Assembly (NCBI GenBank): GCA_020833415.1
Contig: JAJHQJ010000001.1
Location: 10,516 to 74,515 of the forward strand
Direction: 5' to 3'
Length of the DNA stretch: 64,000 bases
DNA from: Desulfurococcaceae archaeon
GTDB lineage: Archaea; Thermoproteota; Thermoprotei_A; Sulfolobales; NBVN01
Position numbers and translations under genes: made by a program. The notes beneath the pieces were generated by a model that was given only the letters and a program-made list of their open reading frames with translations, made no database searches and was not told where the DNA came from. Shown here piece by piece: positions 56,035 through 64,000 of the stretch; within the stretch, counting starts at the first letter, position 1, and every line of letters begins with the position of its first letter.

Positions 56035-57828
56035 TTAGGAGGATTTCCGCCCGGTCGACTCCTTTACCTCATCACTTAGAGTCTTAAAGTAGTATGCTAT
56101 AGCCCTCCTCACGTAGTCAGGAGATATTTGACCTAGAGGTGTCGGCGTCTCGAAGAGTCTCTTAGGTAGTACTATATCCTCAGGCTTGAAGTCCTCACTA
56201 AACTTTATTAGGTGTTTCTCGAAGTATATCCTCCTCCCCAGCTCAACCAGATCTGTTTGGCTTAGGTTGTAGCCGAGAGATTTAAGTGCCCTCTCTGCGG
56301 TTGCCCTACCGTAGACCTCCCTAGCGAAGAGGCATATAACTAGGGAGTTCAGTACCTGCCTCCAAGCCTCCTCCTCCTGGATCATCCTTACAGCCTCTTC
56401 GGGCTCCGGTAAGCTACCTCCAGTAATGATGAGGCGCTGGTCTAGGGAGTATGCTCCAGCATCTAGGTGGGAGTGACGTAGACCTATCGCAAGCGATATA
56501 TGGTAGAGGGGTCCTGTATGGTAACCTGCCGGTTCTACGTGGTTATAGGCTAAGGCGAACTCAGCCCCCCCGAAACGCTTAGCTGCCTCCTCCACTCCTA
56601 GGGCTAGGGCTTGGTAGAAGTCGTTTGGCTGAAGAACTATGTACGATACAGCCTTAATGTAGTTCCTCCAGTCTCCCCACCTTAGTGGTACTATGGTCTT
56701 ACCTACATCGACTACACCCTTCTCCAGAGCTTCGGTAGCCCAGGCCAGGACTACTCCCGTAGATATCGCATCGAGACCTTCGTCCTCTACGGCCTTTATT
56801 AGCTTTAGAAGACCGTACCTATCGCTTATACCTAGGTTACTGCCTAGGGCGTAGATAGGCTCGTAGTCGTAGGGTACGAACTCAGTCTTGTAGAAGTACC
56901 TCTCATCCTCATACTCCTCCCTAATTGCTGCTAGGTGTATGCAGGCTACTGGGCAGGCTGAGCACGCGACTCTCCTGGACAAGCTCTCTTCAGCAAGCTT
57001 CTCCCCACTTATCTCTCTAGCTCCTTCGAAGCGTCCGCTGGAGAAGTTCCTAGTAGGTAGAGCTCCGAGTTTATCTAGGGGAAGGACGTTGGCTGCCGTC
57101 CCTAGGTCATGGTACTTCCTAGTTGCTGGACCTACTGTCAGGTTGAATACCTCCTTAAACACCTCTCTATAAGCTACGACGTCTGGTAGCTTGAAGCTTT
57201 TCCTACCTATAACTACCAGTGCCTTGAGCTTCTTAGAGCCGAAGACGGCCCCCAAACCCATCCTACCGAAGTGCCTATACGTCTCTACGGTAACATTGGC
57301 GTATCTAACCAGCCTCTCACCAGCCCTACCTATCCTCATTATGGTCCTATAGCCGGCTCCGGGTAGGGCCTCCCTGAGAACCCTCCCAACAGTCTCTGAA
57401 CTCCTCATACCCCAGAGGGCTCCAGCATCCCTGAACCTTACCCTATCCCCGTCAACTACTACATATACCGGCCTATCGCTAGTACCCTTAATCACGATCG
57501 CCCCGTAACCGGCAAACCTGATGGCTGAAGCGGCCCTACCTCCAGCGTGGGACTCAGCTATGTACCCATTGAGGGGTGACTTAAACACAGCTATAACCTT
57601 CGAAGCCATTGGGAAGACTCCGGTAAGAGGTCCTACTGCGAATATAGCCGCGTTTTCTGGTCCTAACGGATTCGCCCCCCTGGGTACCTCCTCCTTATAC
57701 AGCTGTACGGCAACCCCTATACCTCCTAACCACTTTTCGAAGAGATCAGACCTATCCTCGACCCAGAAGATCTTACGTGTTAAGTCTATGTACAGGACCC
57801 TAGAGAGGGTCTTAACCCAGTCAACCAC
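56035..57828 (-). CDS. aldehyde:ferredoxin oxidoreductase family (tungstopterin) enzyme
   Basis: 597 aa. N-terminal AOR_N pattern (YIDLT...GG.G), Fe-S cysteines RRVACSACPVAC. Confidence 0.85.
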   Translation of the reverse strand: MVDWVKTLSRVLYIDLTRKIFWVEDRSDLFEKWLGGIGVAVQLYKEEVPRGANPLGPENAAIFAVGPLTGVFPMASKVIAVFKSPLNGYIAESHAGGRAASAIRFAGYGAIVIKGTSDRPVYVVVDGDRVRFRDAGALWGMRSSETVGRVLREALPGAGYRTIMRIGRAGERLVRYANVTVETYRHFGRMGLGAVFGSKKLKALVVIGRKSFKLPDVVAYREVFKEVFNLTVGPATRKYHDLGTAANVLPLDKLGALPTRNFSSGRFEGAREISGEKLAEESLSRRVACSACPVACIHLAAIREEYEDERYFYKTEFVPYDYEPIYALGSNLGISDRYGLLKLIKAVEDEGLDAISTGVVLAWATEALEKGVVDVGKTIVPLRWGDWRNYIKAVSYIVLQPNDFYQALALGVEEAAKRFGGAEFALAYNHVEPAGYHTGPLYHISLAIGLRHSHLDAGAYSLDQRLIITGGSLPEPEEAVRMIQEEEAWRQVLNSLVICLFAREVYGRATAERALKSLGYNLSQTDLVELGRRIYFEKHLIKFSEDFKPEDIVLPKRLFETPTPLGQISPDYVRRAIAYYFKTLSDEVKESTGRKSS

Positions 57829-58239
57829 CTAGACCACCTCCTCCAGAGCTATAACCCCGTGTGGGCAGAAACCTACGCAGTAACCGCAGTGGGTACATAT
57901 CACAGGTTTCTCTAGCTCGGAGTCCCACATAACAGCACCTATATCGCACGCCTCAACGCAGTTCCCACAGCCTATGCACCTGTTCGGGTTAAGTATAACC
58001 CCACCCCCACTTCTAAGTGATAGAGCTTCGACAGGACACGACCTAGCGCAGGGAGGGTCCCTACAGGCTCTGCAGACAATAACTACGAAGCCTCTCTCAA
58101 CTCCACCGGCAGACCTAACGAATATAGCGGACTTACTTAACCCAGCATAGCCAAATCTACTAGTACAGGCGTAAACACATAACTGGCAGCCGACGCATCT
58201 ATTCGCATCAACGACGACAAGCCTTCTAGGCATACGCAA
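57829..58239 (-). CDS. 4Fe-4S ferredoxin-domain protein (polyferredoxin, AOR partner)
   Basis: Four Cys clusters: CVGCQLCVYAC, CRACRDPPC, CIGCGNCVEAC, CTHCGYCVGFC. Abuts the AOR start. Confidence 0.8.
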   Translation of the reverse strand: MRMPRRLVVVDANRCVGCQLCVYACTSRFGYAGLSKSAIFVRSAGGVERGFVVIVCRACRDPPCARSCPVEALSLRSGGGVILNPNRCIGCGNCVEACDIGAVMWDSELEKPVICTHCGYCVGFCPHGVIALEEVV

Positions 58240-58381
58240 CCCCGCTAGCCATGAGGAGCCTACGGAAAAAAGCTCTACAGTTACGTATTAACTGACCCCC
58301 TAGACTACTAATAGAGAATAGATTGTTGTTGAACCAGAGCAGACACTGATGAACAGGGACTCTAAGTCTCATGCCTAGACC

Positions 58382-59104
58382 TTAGTAGCGACTACTTGTA
58401 GAACTTAAGGTTGCTTTAGGTGAGCTAATGTCCTTTAGGGTTCCCTCGAAGAGGGTCATAGATCTGTCGACGTACTCTAGGAGTCTCGCGTCGTGGGTCA
58501 CTATGATCACGGTCGTACCGAAGTCCTTTCTTATGCTTAAGAAGAGCTCCGCAACCTTAATAGCGTTCGACCAGTCCAGGTTAGCTGTAGGTTCATCAGC
58601 TAGGAGGACTGATGGTGCTGTAACGAGGGCTCTCGCAATAGCTACTCTCTGTCTCTCACCCCCGGAGAGCCTAGCTACCTTCTGTCTAGCCTTACCCTTA
58701 AGTCCTACGTACTCCAGTACTTCCATTACCTTCCTAATTCTAGTCTCCGAGCTTACACCGGCTAGTATTAGGGGTATTTCGATGTTTTCAAATACTGTTA
58801 GAGAGTCTATTACGGCAAAGTCCTGCGGTATGTAGCTACAAACAGTATTCCTGTACATAGCTAAGCCGTAGTCATCTAGCATGTTTAGATTGTACCCGTC
58901 GACTATGACCTCCCCTCTATCAGGCCTCTCGAGACCTGCTACTATTCTAAGTAGGGTCGTCTTACCGGAACCGCTTGGACCGTGGATTCCGACCAGCTCA
59001 CCGCGGTAGGCCACCATGCTAACTCCCCTAAGTACAGGTACAACTCCTTCTGAAGTAGCGTAGGTCTTCCAAACATCCTTTAGTAGTACTACTATCTCGG
59101 TCAC
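58382..59104 (-). CDS. ABC transporter ATP-binding protein (MacB/LolD/FtsE-like)
   Basis: Walker A GPSGSGKTT, signature LSGGERQRV, Walker B LLADEPT. No adjacent permease gene. Confidence 0.85.
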   Translation of the reverse strand: MTEIVVLLKDVWKTYATSEGVVPVLRGVSMVAYRGELVGIHGPSGSGKTTLLRIVAGLERPDRGEVIVDGYNLNMLDDYGLAMYRNTVCSYIPQDFAVIDSLTVFENIEIPLILAGVSSETRIRKVMEVLEYVGLKGKARQKVARLSGGERQRVAIARALVTAPSVLLADEPTANLDWSNAIKVAELFLSIRKDFGTTVIIVTHDARLLEYVDRSMTLFEGTLKDISSPKATLSSTSSRY

Positions 59105-59210
59105 ACACCCCGCCCGACTTAGAATCCCAAGAACGCTTTTAACACACGGTAAGGAGTTCCGCGGTATTGTACTAATATAGCTCTAGTACAACCTTACCTC
59201 TGGTGCTTAG

Positions 59211-60545
59211 ATGGGGTACGTCTTCGGAGGTACTGAGGCTCGGAGGTTCCCCATAGCTACCCTTAGCGTAGTGCTAGCTAATGTAGTTGTATACCTCCTT
59301 ACCTCATCCGAAAACCTCTTAACAGCTACAGCCTCTAGGTATGTATATAGGTATGGCTTCATACCAGCACTGCTTCTCTCATATGAGGGTCTAGCTAGGA
59401 TTTTCACGTCAATGTTCATACACGCAGACCTCTTCCACATATTCTTCAACATGTACTTCCTCTACATCTTCGGCCGCGGGGTTGAGGACATACTTGGCTC
59501 CGTACGTTTCCTAACTCTCTACTTCCTATCGGGTATCGGAGCAGCTCTCTTTCACACCGCGTCTACCCCGGTAGTAGGTCTAGAGTCCATAGCTATTCCA
59601 GCTGTTGGGGCCTCGGGTGCTATTAGCGGAATTCTCGGGGCGTACATGATGTTCTTCCCCAGGACGTCGCTGGTAGCGTGCTTCCCCATACTCTTCTTCC
59701 CAGTGTGTTATACACTGAGGGCTTCAGCCTACCTAGCTCTCTGGTTTGCTACGCAAGTGGTGTATGGGTATATGAAGATAGGTGGTGTCGCCTTCTTCGC
59801 ACATGCAGGTGGCTTTATAGCCGGGATAGCATTAGCTTGGGTCCTAGGGTCGGGTAAGGTACGTGAGCTAAAGGTAGTTAGGAGCTTTATGGGGGTCTTT
59901 AGGTACATAGTGTTTCAGGTATATAACGAGGGTCTAGGGTTCTTCACTAAGGCTGTGCTAGTATTCCTGATGACTCTTACAGCAGCGACCTTAGGCTACT
60001 ACGCTAGTAGCCTCGGAGCACCTACCGTAATGGTGTACCAGGGTTACCTAAGGGTTGATGGGGTAGATGACATCGTATTATTGAAGGTCTCAGCTAACGG
60101 TTCATACAGCTTAAGTGAGTCTCAGTATACCGATGTAAACATAGTTCTAACTAGGCTCTCTAAGGTAGGCTTTCTAGTGAACCAGAACTACTCCGGAAGA
60201 ACTATCGATACTACTCAAAAACCTCTACAAGGGACCGTTACTTTAAGGATATCTCTAGCTGGCTACCTAGAGATCGCGGAGACCGTACCTGTAGCTGTTT
60301 ACGCAAGAGCCTCGTACGACGGTGCAGGAGTTTTAGTACGTGCTGAGGGAACTATGGTAACTCAGGTAGTTATAGTCCGAGCCTATAGGGTGGATAAGTC
60401 CCCAGCAACGTACACTTTTAGCTATAATGCCATAGGACCATACGAGACTGAGCCCGTTCGTGTAGCAGCTATACCCTCAGTAGCTATAGCACTGGTATCA
60501 ACCTATGTTACTACCAAGAAGGATAAGGAGCTTAGCGTTGCGTAG
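59211..60545 (+). CDS. rhomboid-family intramembrane serine protease with ~200-aa C-terminal extension
   Basis: HADLFHIFFNM, catalytic GASGAISGILGA, HAGGFIAG. Then a beta-rich domain and a terminal TM. Confidence 0.75.
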   Translation: MGYVFGGTEARRFPIATLSVVLANVVVYLLTSSENLLTATASRYVYRYGFIPALLLSYEGLARIFTSMFIHADLFHIFFNMYFLYIFGRGVEDILGSVRFLTLYFLSGIGAALFHTASTPVVGLESIAIPAVGASGAISGILGAYMMFFPRTSLVACFPILFFPVCYTLRASAYLALWFATQVVYGYMKIGGVAFFAHAGGFIAGIALAWVLGSGKVRELKVVRSFMGVFRYIVFQVYNEGLGFFTKAVLVFLMTLTAATLGYYASSLGAPTVMVYQGYLRVDGVDDIVLLKVSANGSYSLSESQYTDVNIVLTRLSKVGFLVNQNYSGRTIDTTQKPLQGTVTLRISLAGYLEIAETVPVAVYARASYDGAGVLVRAEGTMVTQVVIVRAYRVDKSPATYTFSYNAIGPYETEPVRVAAIPSVAIALVSTYVTTKKDKELSVA

Positions 60546-60559
60546 GTTACAACTGAAAG

Positions 60560-60579
60560 CCCCGCCATTCACGGCGGGG
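60560..60579. repeat. CCCCGCC-N6-GGCGGGG hairpin repeat (left copy)
   Basis: Perfect 7-bp stem, loop ATTCAC, 15 nt after the rhomboid stop. The 26-nt unit 60555-60580 is 23/26 identical to 60781-60806. Confidence 0.6.
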
Positions 60580-60692
60580 ATGAAATATAAAAGCTTGTAA
60601 ACTCTCTCATTTTAATTATTCTTGGTGATGAGTGTTTAGGCTCTGTGAGCCTAGGGCTATGATGGTTGGAGTACCCATAACCCCGAGCCCCG

Positions 60693-60813
60693 AGAGGGGT
60701 AGGATAGTTGGCCGGAGACCCGGCCCGGGGTTGAACCCTCAAGAAGAGGGGATGTAGCCCCGAACCTCCCCGCCTTAGCGGAAACCCTCGCCATTCATGG
60801 CGGGGAGGAGGTC
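60693..60813 (+). repeat. intergenic repeat block homologous to 23441-23553
   Basis: See 23441-23553. Includes the right-hand hairpin CCTCGCC-ATTCAT-GGCGGGG (60786-60805). Confidence 0.55.
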
Positions 60814-60896
60814 AGGTACACTTGCTCAGCCTGCCTCAAAGGACTGAGGAGTAGCTATAGCAGTTTACTCTCAAGCGTTAGAGAAGCTAGAAGCTT

Positions 60897-62225
60897 TTAG
60901 GAGAGTGTTCTCTTACCTCCCTTAAGCACGTCGTTGGCGAATTTCAGCATTACTAGGGTGTATAATATGATGAGGGCTGCGCCTATTATGTTGGTATAGG
61001 TCTCTAGACTTTTTGCGTACTTATAGTACTTTTCACTAATTTTTATAAGCTCTTGAAGAGTTTCATTGAGAGGAGTGTCCAGGGATTTATATAGTAGGTA
61101 CCTAGCCGGTAGAAGCTCCCCGGTCTCTTCTATCACTACTACGTCGTTCACTAACGCCGGTATCAGCATGTAGAGCCCTCCCCAGAGAGCTGCTAAAGCT
61201 GACCCTAGGTTGTAGGTAATTATAATCCCTCTATTACAGATTTTTCTACTGAAGGCTATGTGTATTACTAAGGGGTACGCCCACAACAGGTAGTTCGGGT
61301 TGACTACCTTATTGAAAACTAAGACTACTACAAGTGTAAGTAGGGCTAACCTCACAACATCTTCTAGGGAATCTACCTGAAGGTACTTAGCCTTCACTGG
61401 GATAGTTACTGAAGCTAGGACTGCTATAAGCATAACTGGGAGCCATATAGTGTTGACTAGGCTTATCACCTGACTACTTCTCCCCGAGAGTAGGACCGGT
61501 AGGTTCCAGAGGGATATGTACTGAGGGGGTCTACTACTATGGAAAAGCACTACGTTACTTATGAAGGCCTTAGGGTTGGGGATTAGGAATAGTGTAACCA
61601 CGGCTATACCTATGGAGAGCGATATACTGGCATACTTAGAGAGTCCTCTAAATCCGTACCTTCTATATACGTAGAGGATCAGTGGGAGTAGAGGCAGAGC
61701 TACTAGAGGTTTCGTTAGTACGGCTAGGGTTAATGCTAAGGCACTTACGTAGAGACCCCACCTAGGGCTATCTACGAGTACTATTGCTGCGTACAGGAAG
61801 AAAGCTACTAGAGGGTCAAACTGGTAGTTAGCTAGGGTAACTATCGTAGGTACCCCCAGTAAAGTCCAGTAAACGGCCTCCGAGCCGAATCTCCTCCATA
61901 GGACTACCCCCAAGGCTGCTGTGAAGACTAGTAGGGGGAGCTTAAGGACTACCCTAATTAGGTGATCTGCCGCAGCTACCAGTACCTGACCTAGCTCGGG
62001 TACTGTACTAGCGATCAGGTTGATCCCCGAGACTAGGGCTTCCGCTAACGCATGTGTTGCAATGTAGACTATGGGCGGTATTGGAGGGTAGACTACCCTA
62101 TAGCTAGCATTACCTAAAACGAAGGAAATCTCGTATATCCTGAAGAGTCCGGCCTCCCTATAGGCCCTAACCCAGTTCTCAAATATGGTTACGTCATACC
62201 AGTTCCACATAGAGGCTGTTAGCAC
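60897..62225 (-). CDS. polytopic membrane protein, GT-C-type glycosyltransferase-like (DUF2029-like)
   Basis: 442 aa, 10 or more TM segments. Architecture-based call only. Confidence 0.4.
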   Translation of the reverse strand: MLTASMWNWYDVTIFENWVRAYREAGLFRIYEISFVLGNASYRVVYPPIPPIVYIATHALAEALVSGINLIASTVPELGQVLVAAADHLIRVVLKLPLLVFTAALGVVLWRRFGSEAVYWTLLGVPTIVTLANYQFDPLVAFFLYAAIVLVDSPRWGLYVSALALTLAVLTKPLVALPLLPLILYVYRRYGFRGLSKYASISLSIGIAVVTLFLIPNPKAFISNVVLFHSSRPPQYISLWNLPVLLSGRSSQVISLVNTIWLPVMLIAVLASVTIPVKAKYLQVDSLEDVVRLALLTLVVVLVFNKVVNPNYLLWAYPLVIHIAFSRKICNRGIIITYNLGSALAALWGGLYMLIPALVNDVVVIEETGELLPARYLLYKSLDTPLNETLQELIKISEKYYKYAKSLETYTNIIGAALIILYTLVMLKFANDVLKGGKRTLS

Positions 62226-62343
62226 GATTAGTGCAACAACAGGTACTGCAGTCTTTAGTACCTCCTTAACTCGCAGTTTAAGACACCGATTTATACTGTG
62301 TAGAGTAGGGTTATAACTGAAACAGCTTTACATAGCTTACCCA

Positions 62344-62380
62344 CCCCCGCCCTAAAGAGCAAGGCTTTTAGTTGCAAAGG
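62344..62380 (+). repeat. GC-hairpin-plus-tail repeat (family with 4365-4404 and 46219-46254)
   Basis: cccccgccctaaagagcaaggcttttagttgcaaagg. Confidence 0.5.
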
Positions 62381-62449
62381 CAAGGCGTAGGGTAATAGCT
62401 AAGGTTAGCCGAGACCTTCTCTAGACGAATTTTTAGGGTGAACCGTAGG

Positions 62450-62552
62450 CGCCGGGGGCGGGATTCGAACCCGCGTGGGGGCGGATCCCCAGTGGGTCTC
62501 ACGCATGGCTGGAACTCGAGCCCACCGCCTTAGACCGCTCGGCCACCCCGGC
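62450..62552 (-). tRNA. tRNA-Ser (anticodon CGA) with ~17-nt intron and long variable arm
   Basis: Acceptor GCCGGGG/CCCCGGC, anticodon stem GTGGG/CCCAC, loop CTCGAG|intron|A, T-arm GCGGG-TTCGAAT-CCCGC. Confidence 0.85.
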
Positions 62553-62590
62553 CGCATTATAGTATCCCTACGGAATTAATAAGGTTACCT

Positions 62591-62932
62591 CTACTTTTTT
62601 AAGGGGGTTCTGTTAATCCACCCGCACACAGAGCACCTTTTAACGACTATGACGTGGGTTCTAGTACTCCTTATCCTCACTGAGGTAGTTAAACCAGGTA
62701 TGAGTGGTATATGGCAGTTCTCGCACACCCACCTTCGGTAGTATACAGGCTTCCTCAGTCTGTACTTCTGCAGTAAGCGCATGCCGAGCTCAATGTACTT
62801 CCTAGCTCTGCTCAAGTCCCCCTTCATAGTCTCCTCGACAGCTAACCTGTAAAGTATTGCACACCTCTCCAAAGCTATGTCCCTCGGCACATCTCTCCTG
62901 CGGGCCTTTCGTACTGAGCATCCCTTAGTCAA
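62591..62932 (-). CDS. rnp4: RNase P protein component 4 (Rpp21 homologue)
   Basis: Helical N-half (RARKYIELGMRLLQKYRLR) and Zn ribbon CENC...CSVCG. Confidence 0.75.
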   Translation of the reverse strand: MTKGCSVRKARRRDVPRDIALERCAILYRLAVEETMKGDLSRARKYIELGMRLLQKYRLRKPVYYRRWVCENCHIPLIPGLTTSVRIRSTRTHVIVVKRCSVCGWINRTPLKK

Positions 62933-63087
62933 ACCTATCTAGCCTCTAAGGGATTGTTAGAGTAGTGTTAATAAGTCCTAGCGTGAATGACTCAGCTCAG
63001 GCTGGTACGGACCTGAAAGTCACGACTCCGTTGAATCCCTATACGAAAGTCTTCGCGTTATTGCATCTACTTGGAAGAGGGCTTAAG

Positions 63088-63777
63088 CTAAGTAGAAGAC
63101 CTCGAAAGCTCTTCGTAGAGCCTCTTCAGCCTACTCTTACCCTCTGCTAAGGCCTCGTTAGCTACTCTAACTACCTCTGCTAGGTGCTCACACGTATAGC
63201 TTTCACTCTTTAGTAGTATAGTAAGTCTTACACCGGTCCTTAGCTCTAGGTATATACCGCGCCTACTTATCGAGAGCACCCCGCTGTGCTTCAAGCCGGC
63301 TTTCCTGGCTATCTTAAGTAGTGTGGAGGCTTCACGTAGAGTTAGAGCTGATACGTGAAGTATGGGGCCTGTTACCACAAGCCAGAACCTACTTAACGGA
63401 GGCTGACTCAGTAGGGGCTCCACCTCAGACCTCTCCACAGCCGAGTGCTTCTTGAAGATTACCGTAGACCCCTTCCTATGCCAGGGCATTGGGGCGTCGA
63501 CCAATGTTATCCTCCCGCTGCACGAGCTTACCGGAAACGACTCCTGTCTATTGAAGAGCAGCTGGAGTATACTGTAAATATCTGGGTCGAGGTACCCTAC
63601 CTCAATGTCTTCGAGCATCCTTCTAAACATCCTCTGCCTATGCTCACTCCACAGCCTTCTATCTACTACACCCAAGTGAGGACCCGAGTAGAGCTCCGCA
63701 AAGAGATATTTTCCTACACCTAGTGGAGATGCTAGGCTACTGCTCAGAGACGGCAAGCTCGTTCTCGAAATTTCCAA
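63088..63777 (-). CDS. taw3: tRNA wybutosine-synthesizing protein 3 homologue (Taw3/TYW3)
   Basis: SSCSGRI signature. The real start is probably an internal Met. Confidence 0.7.
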   Translation of the reverse strand: MEISRTSLPSLSSSLASPLGVGKYLFAELYSGPHLGVVDRRLWSEHRQRMFRRMLEDIEVGYLDPDIYSILQLLFNRQESFPVSSCSGRITLVDAPMPWHRKGSTVIFKKHSAVERSEVEPLLSQPPLSRFWLVVTGPILHVSALTLREASTLLKIARKAGLKHSGVLSISRRGIYLELRTGVRLTILLKSESYTCEHLAEVVRVANEALAEGKSRLKRLYEELSRSST

Positions 63778-63809
63778 ACACTTACCTAAGCCGGTTAGTA
63801 CAGTCCTAG

Positions 63810-64000
63810 AGGTGTCTAGCTGTTGATGTTAATGAGAGGCATGTAGTTATCGGTAACACACGTTTTGAGCTGAGACTTGAAATAGCTGTTGAGAGAGCTC
63901 TACACTACAAGCGGTTAGCTGAAAACCTCTAAAAGAAGTACTCATCAACTAGGTATAATGCCTAGCTTAGGAGGGGAGGTGTTAGAGAGAGGGTTAGGTA
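63810..64000 (+). pseudogene. decayed tnpB fragment (runs off the window)
   Basis: Reads RCLAVDVNERHVVIGNTRFELRLEIAVERALHYKRLAENL*KKYSSTRYNA*LRRGGV. RuvC-I VDVNE motif, two in-frame stops, no N-terminal part. Confidence 0.6.

Noticed and set aside
58382-59104. Orphan ABC ATPase next to AOR-ferredoxin as a novel module
   Set aside because: Its MacB/FtsE-like ATPase motifs are ordinary. The lack of an adjacent permease is common in archaeal genomes. It is separated from the AOR operon by 140 nt with no evidence of coupling.
59211-60545. The rhomboid's long C-terminal extension as a novel fusion
   Set aside because: Rhomboids often carry lineage-specific extra domains. No motif was recognised in the extension, so there is nothing specific to claim.
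60625-60690. Possible C/D-box sRNA (GTGATGA at 60625-60631, ATGATGG ~35 nt later)
   Set aside because: No proper D' or D box (CTGA) at the required 12-nt spacing on either strand. The resemblance is limited to the C-box heptamer.

Overview
This 64-kb window looks like a chromosomal segment of a hyperthermophilic crenarchaeon. It resembles Thermoprotei/Desulfurococcales in gene content, A-box/TATA promoters, intron-containing tRNAs and AGG/ATA-rich codon usage. I cannot name the species. About 75 tightly packed protein genes lie on both strands, and most are housekeeping. They include: a LivK/G/F-type ABC transporter; glyA; a pyrF-pyrE-pyrK-pyrD operon; agmatinase; aIF5B; MoaB and MoeA; Rpo7-Spt4; aRF1; a thermosome subunit; archaeal CoA-pathway genes (CoaBC, pantoate kinase, phosphopantothenate synthetase); Hel308; a MiaB-like methylthiotransferase; Dph6-like, HIT and AOR-plus-ferredoxin genes; a rhomboid; Rpp21; and Taw3. 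RNA genes are one 5S rRNA and five tRNAs: Thr-GGU, Thr-CGU, Arg-CCU, Leu-UAA and Ser-CGA, the last three with introns. Mobile DNA comprises two diverged IS607-type elements (serine-recombinase tnpA plus tnpB) and a decayed tnpB relic at the right edge. No CRISPR array, cas genes or recognisable defence island were seen.

The points most worth a second look are:
1. Four one-nucleotide frame breaks all lie within the first ~10 codons of genes. The aRF1 gene is one of them: its only available start is followed by a UAG at codon 5, and it needs a +1 shift (AUU UAG C), a layout like bacterial prfB.
2. A pair of ~190-nt paralogous structured elements keeps its stems through compensatory substitutions.
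3. A dispersed family of GC-rich hairpin repeats (CCCCGCC-N6-GGCGGGG and relatives) and longer homologous intergenic blocks sits at gene 3' ends and next to a tRNA.
4. A Zn-ribbon protein with an acidic tail is divergently paired with a RimK/LysX-type ATP-grasp ligase.
5. An Rnl3-like RNA-ligase homologue appears to have Arg in place of the motif-I lysine.

All family calls come from motif recognition by eye. No database search was run, and RNA ends are good to a few nucleotides only.
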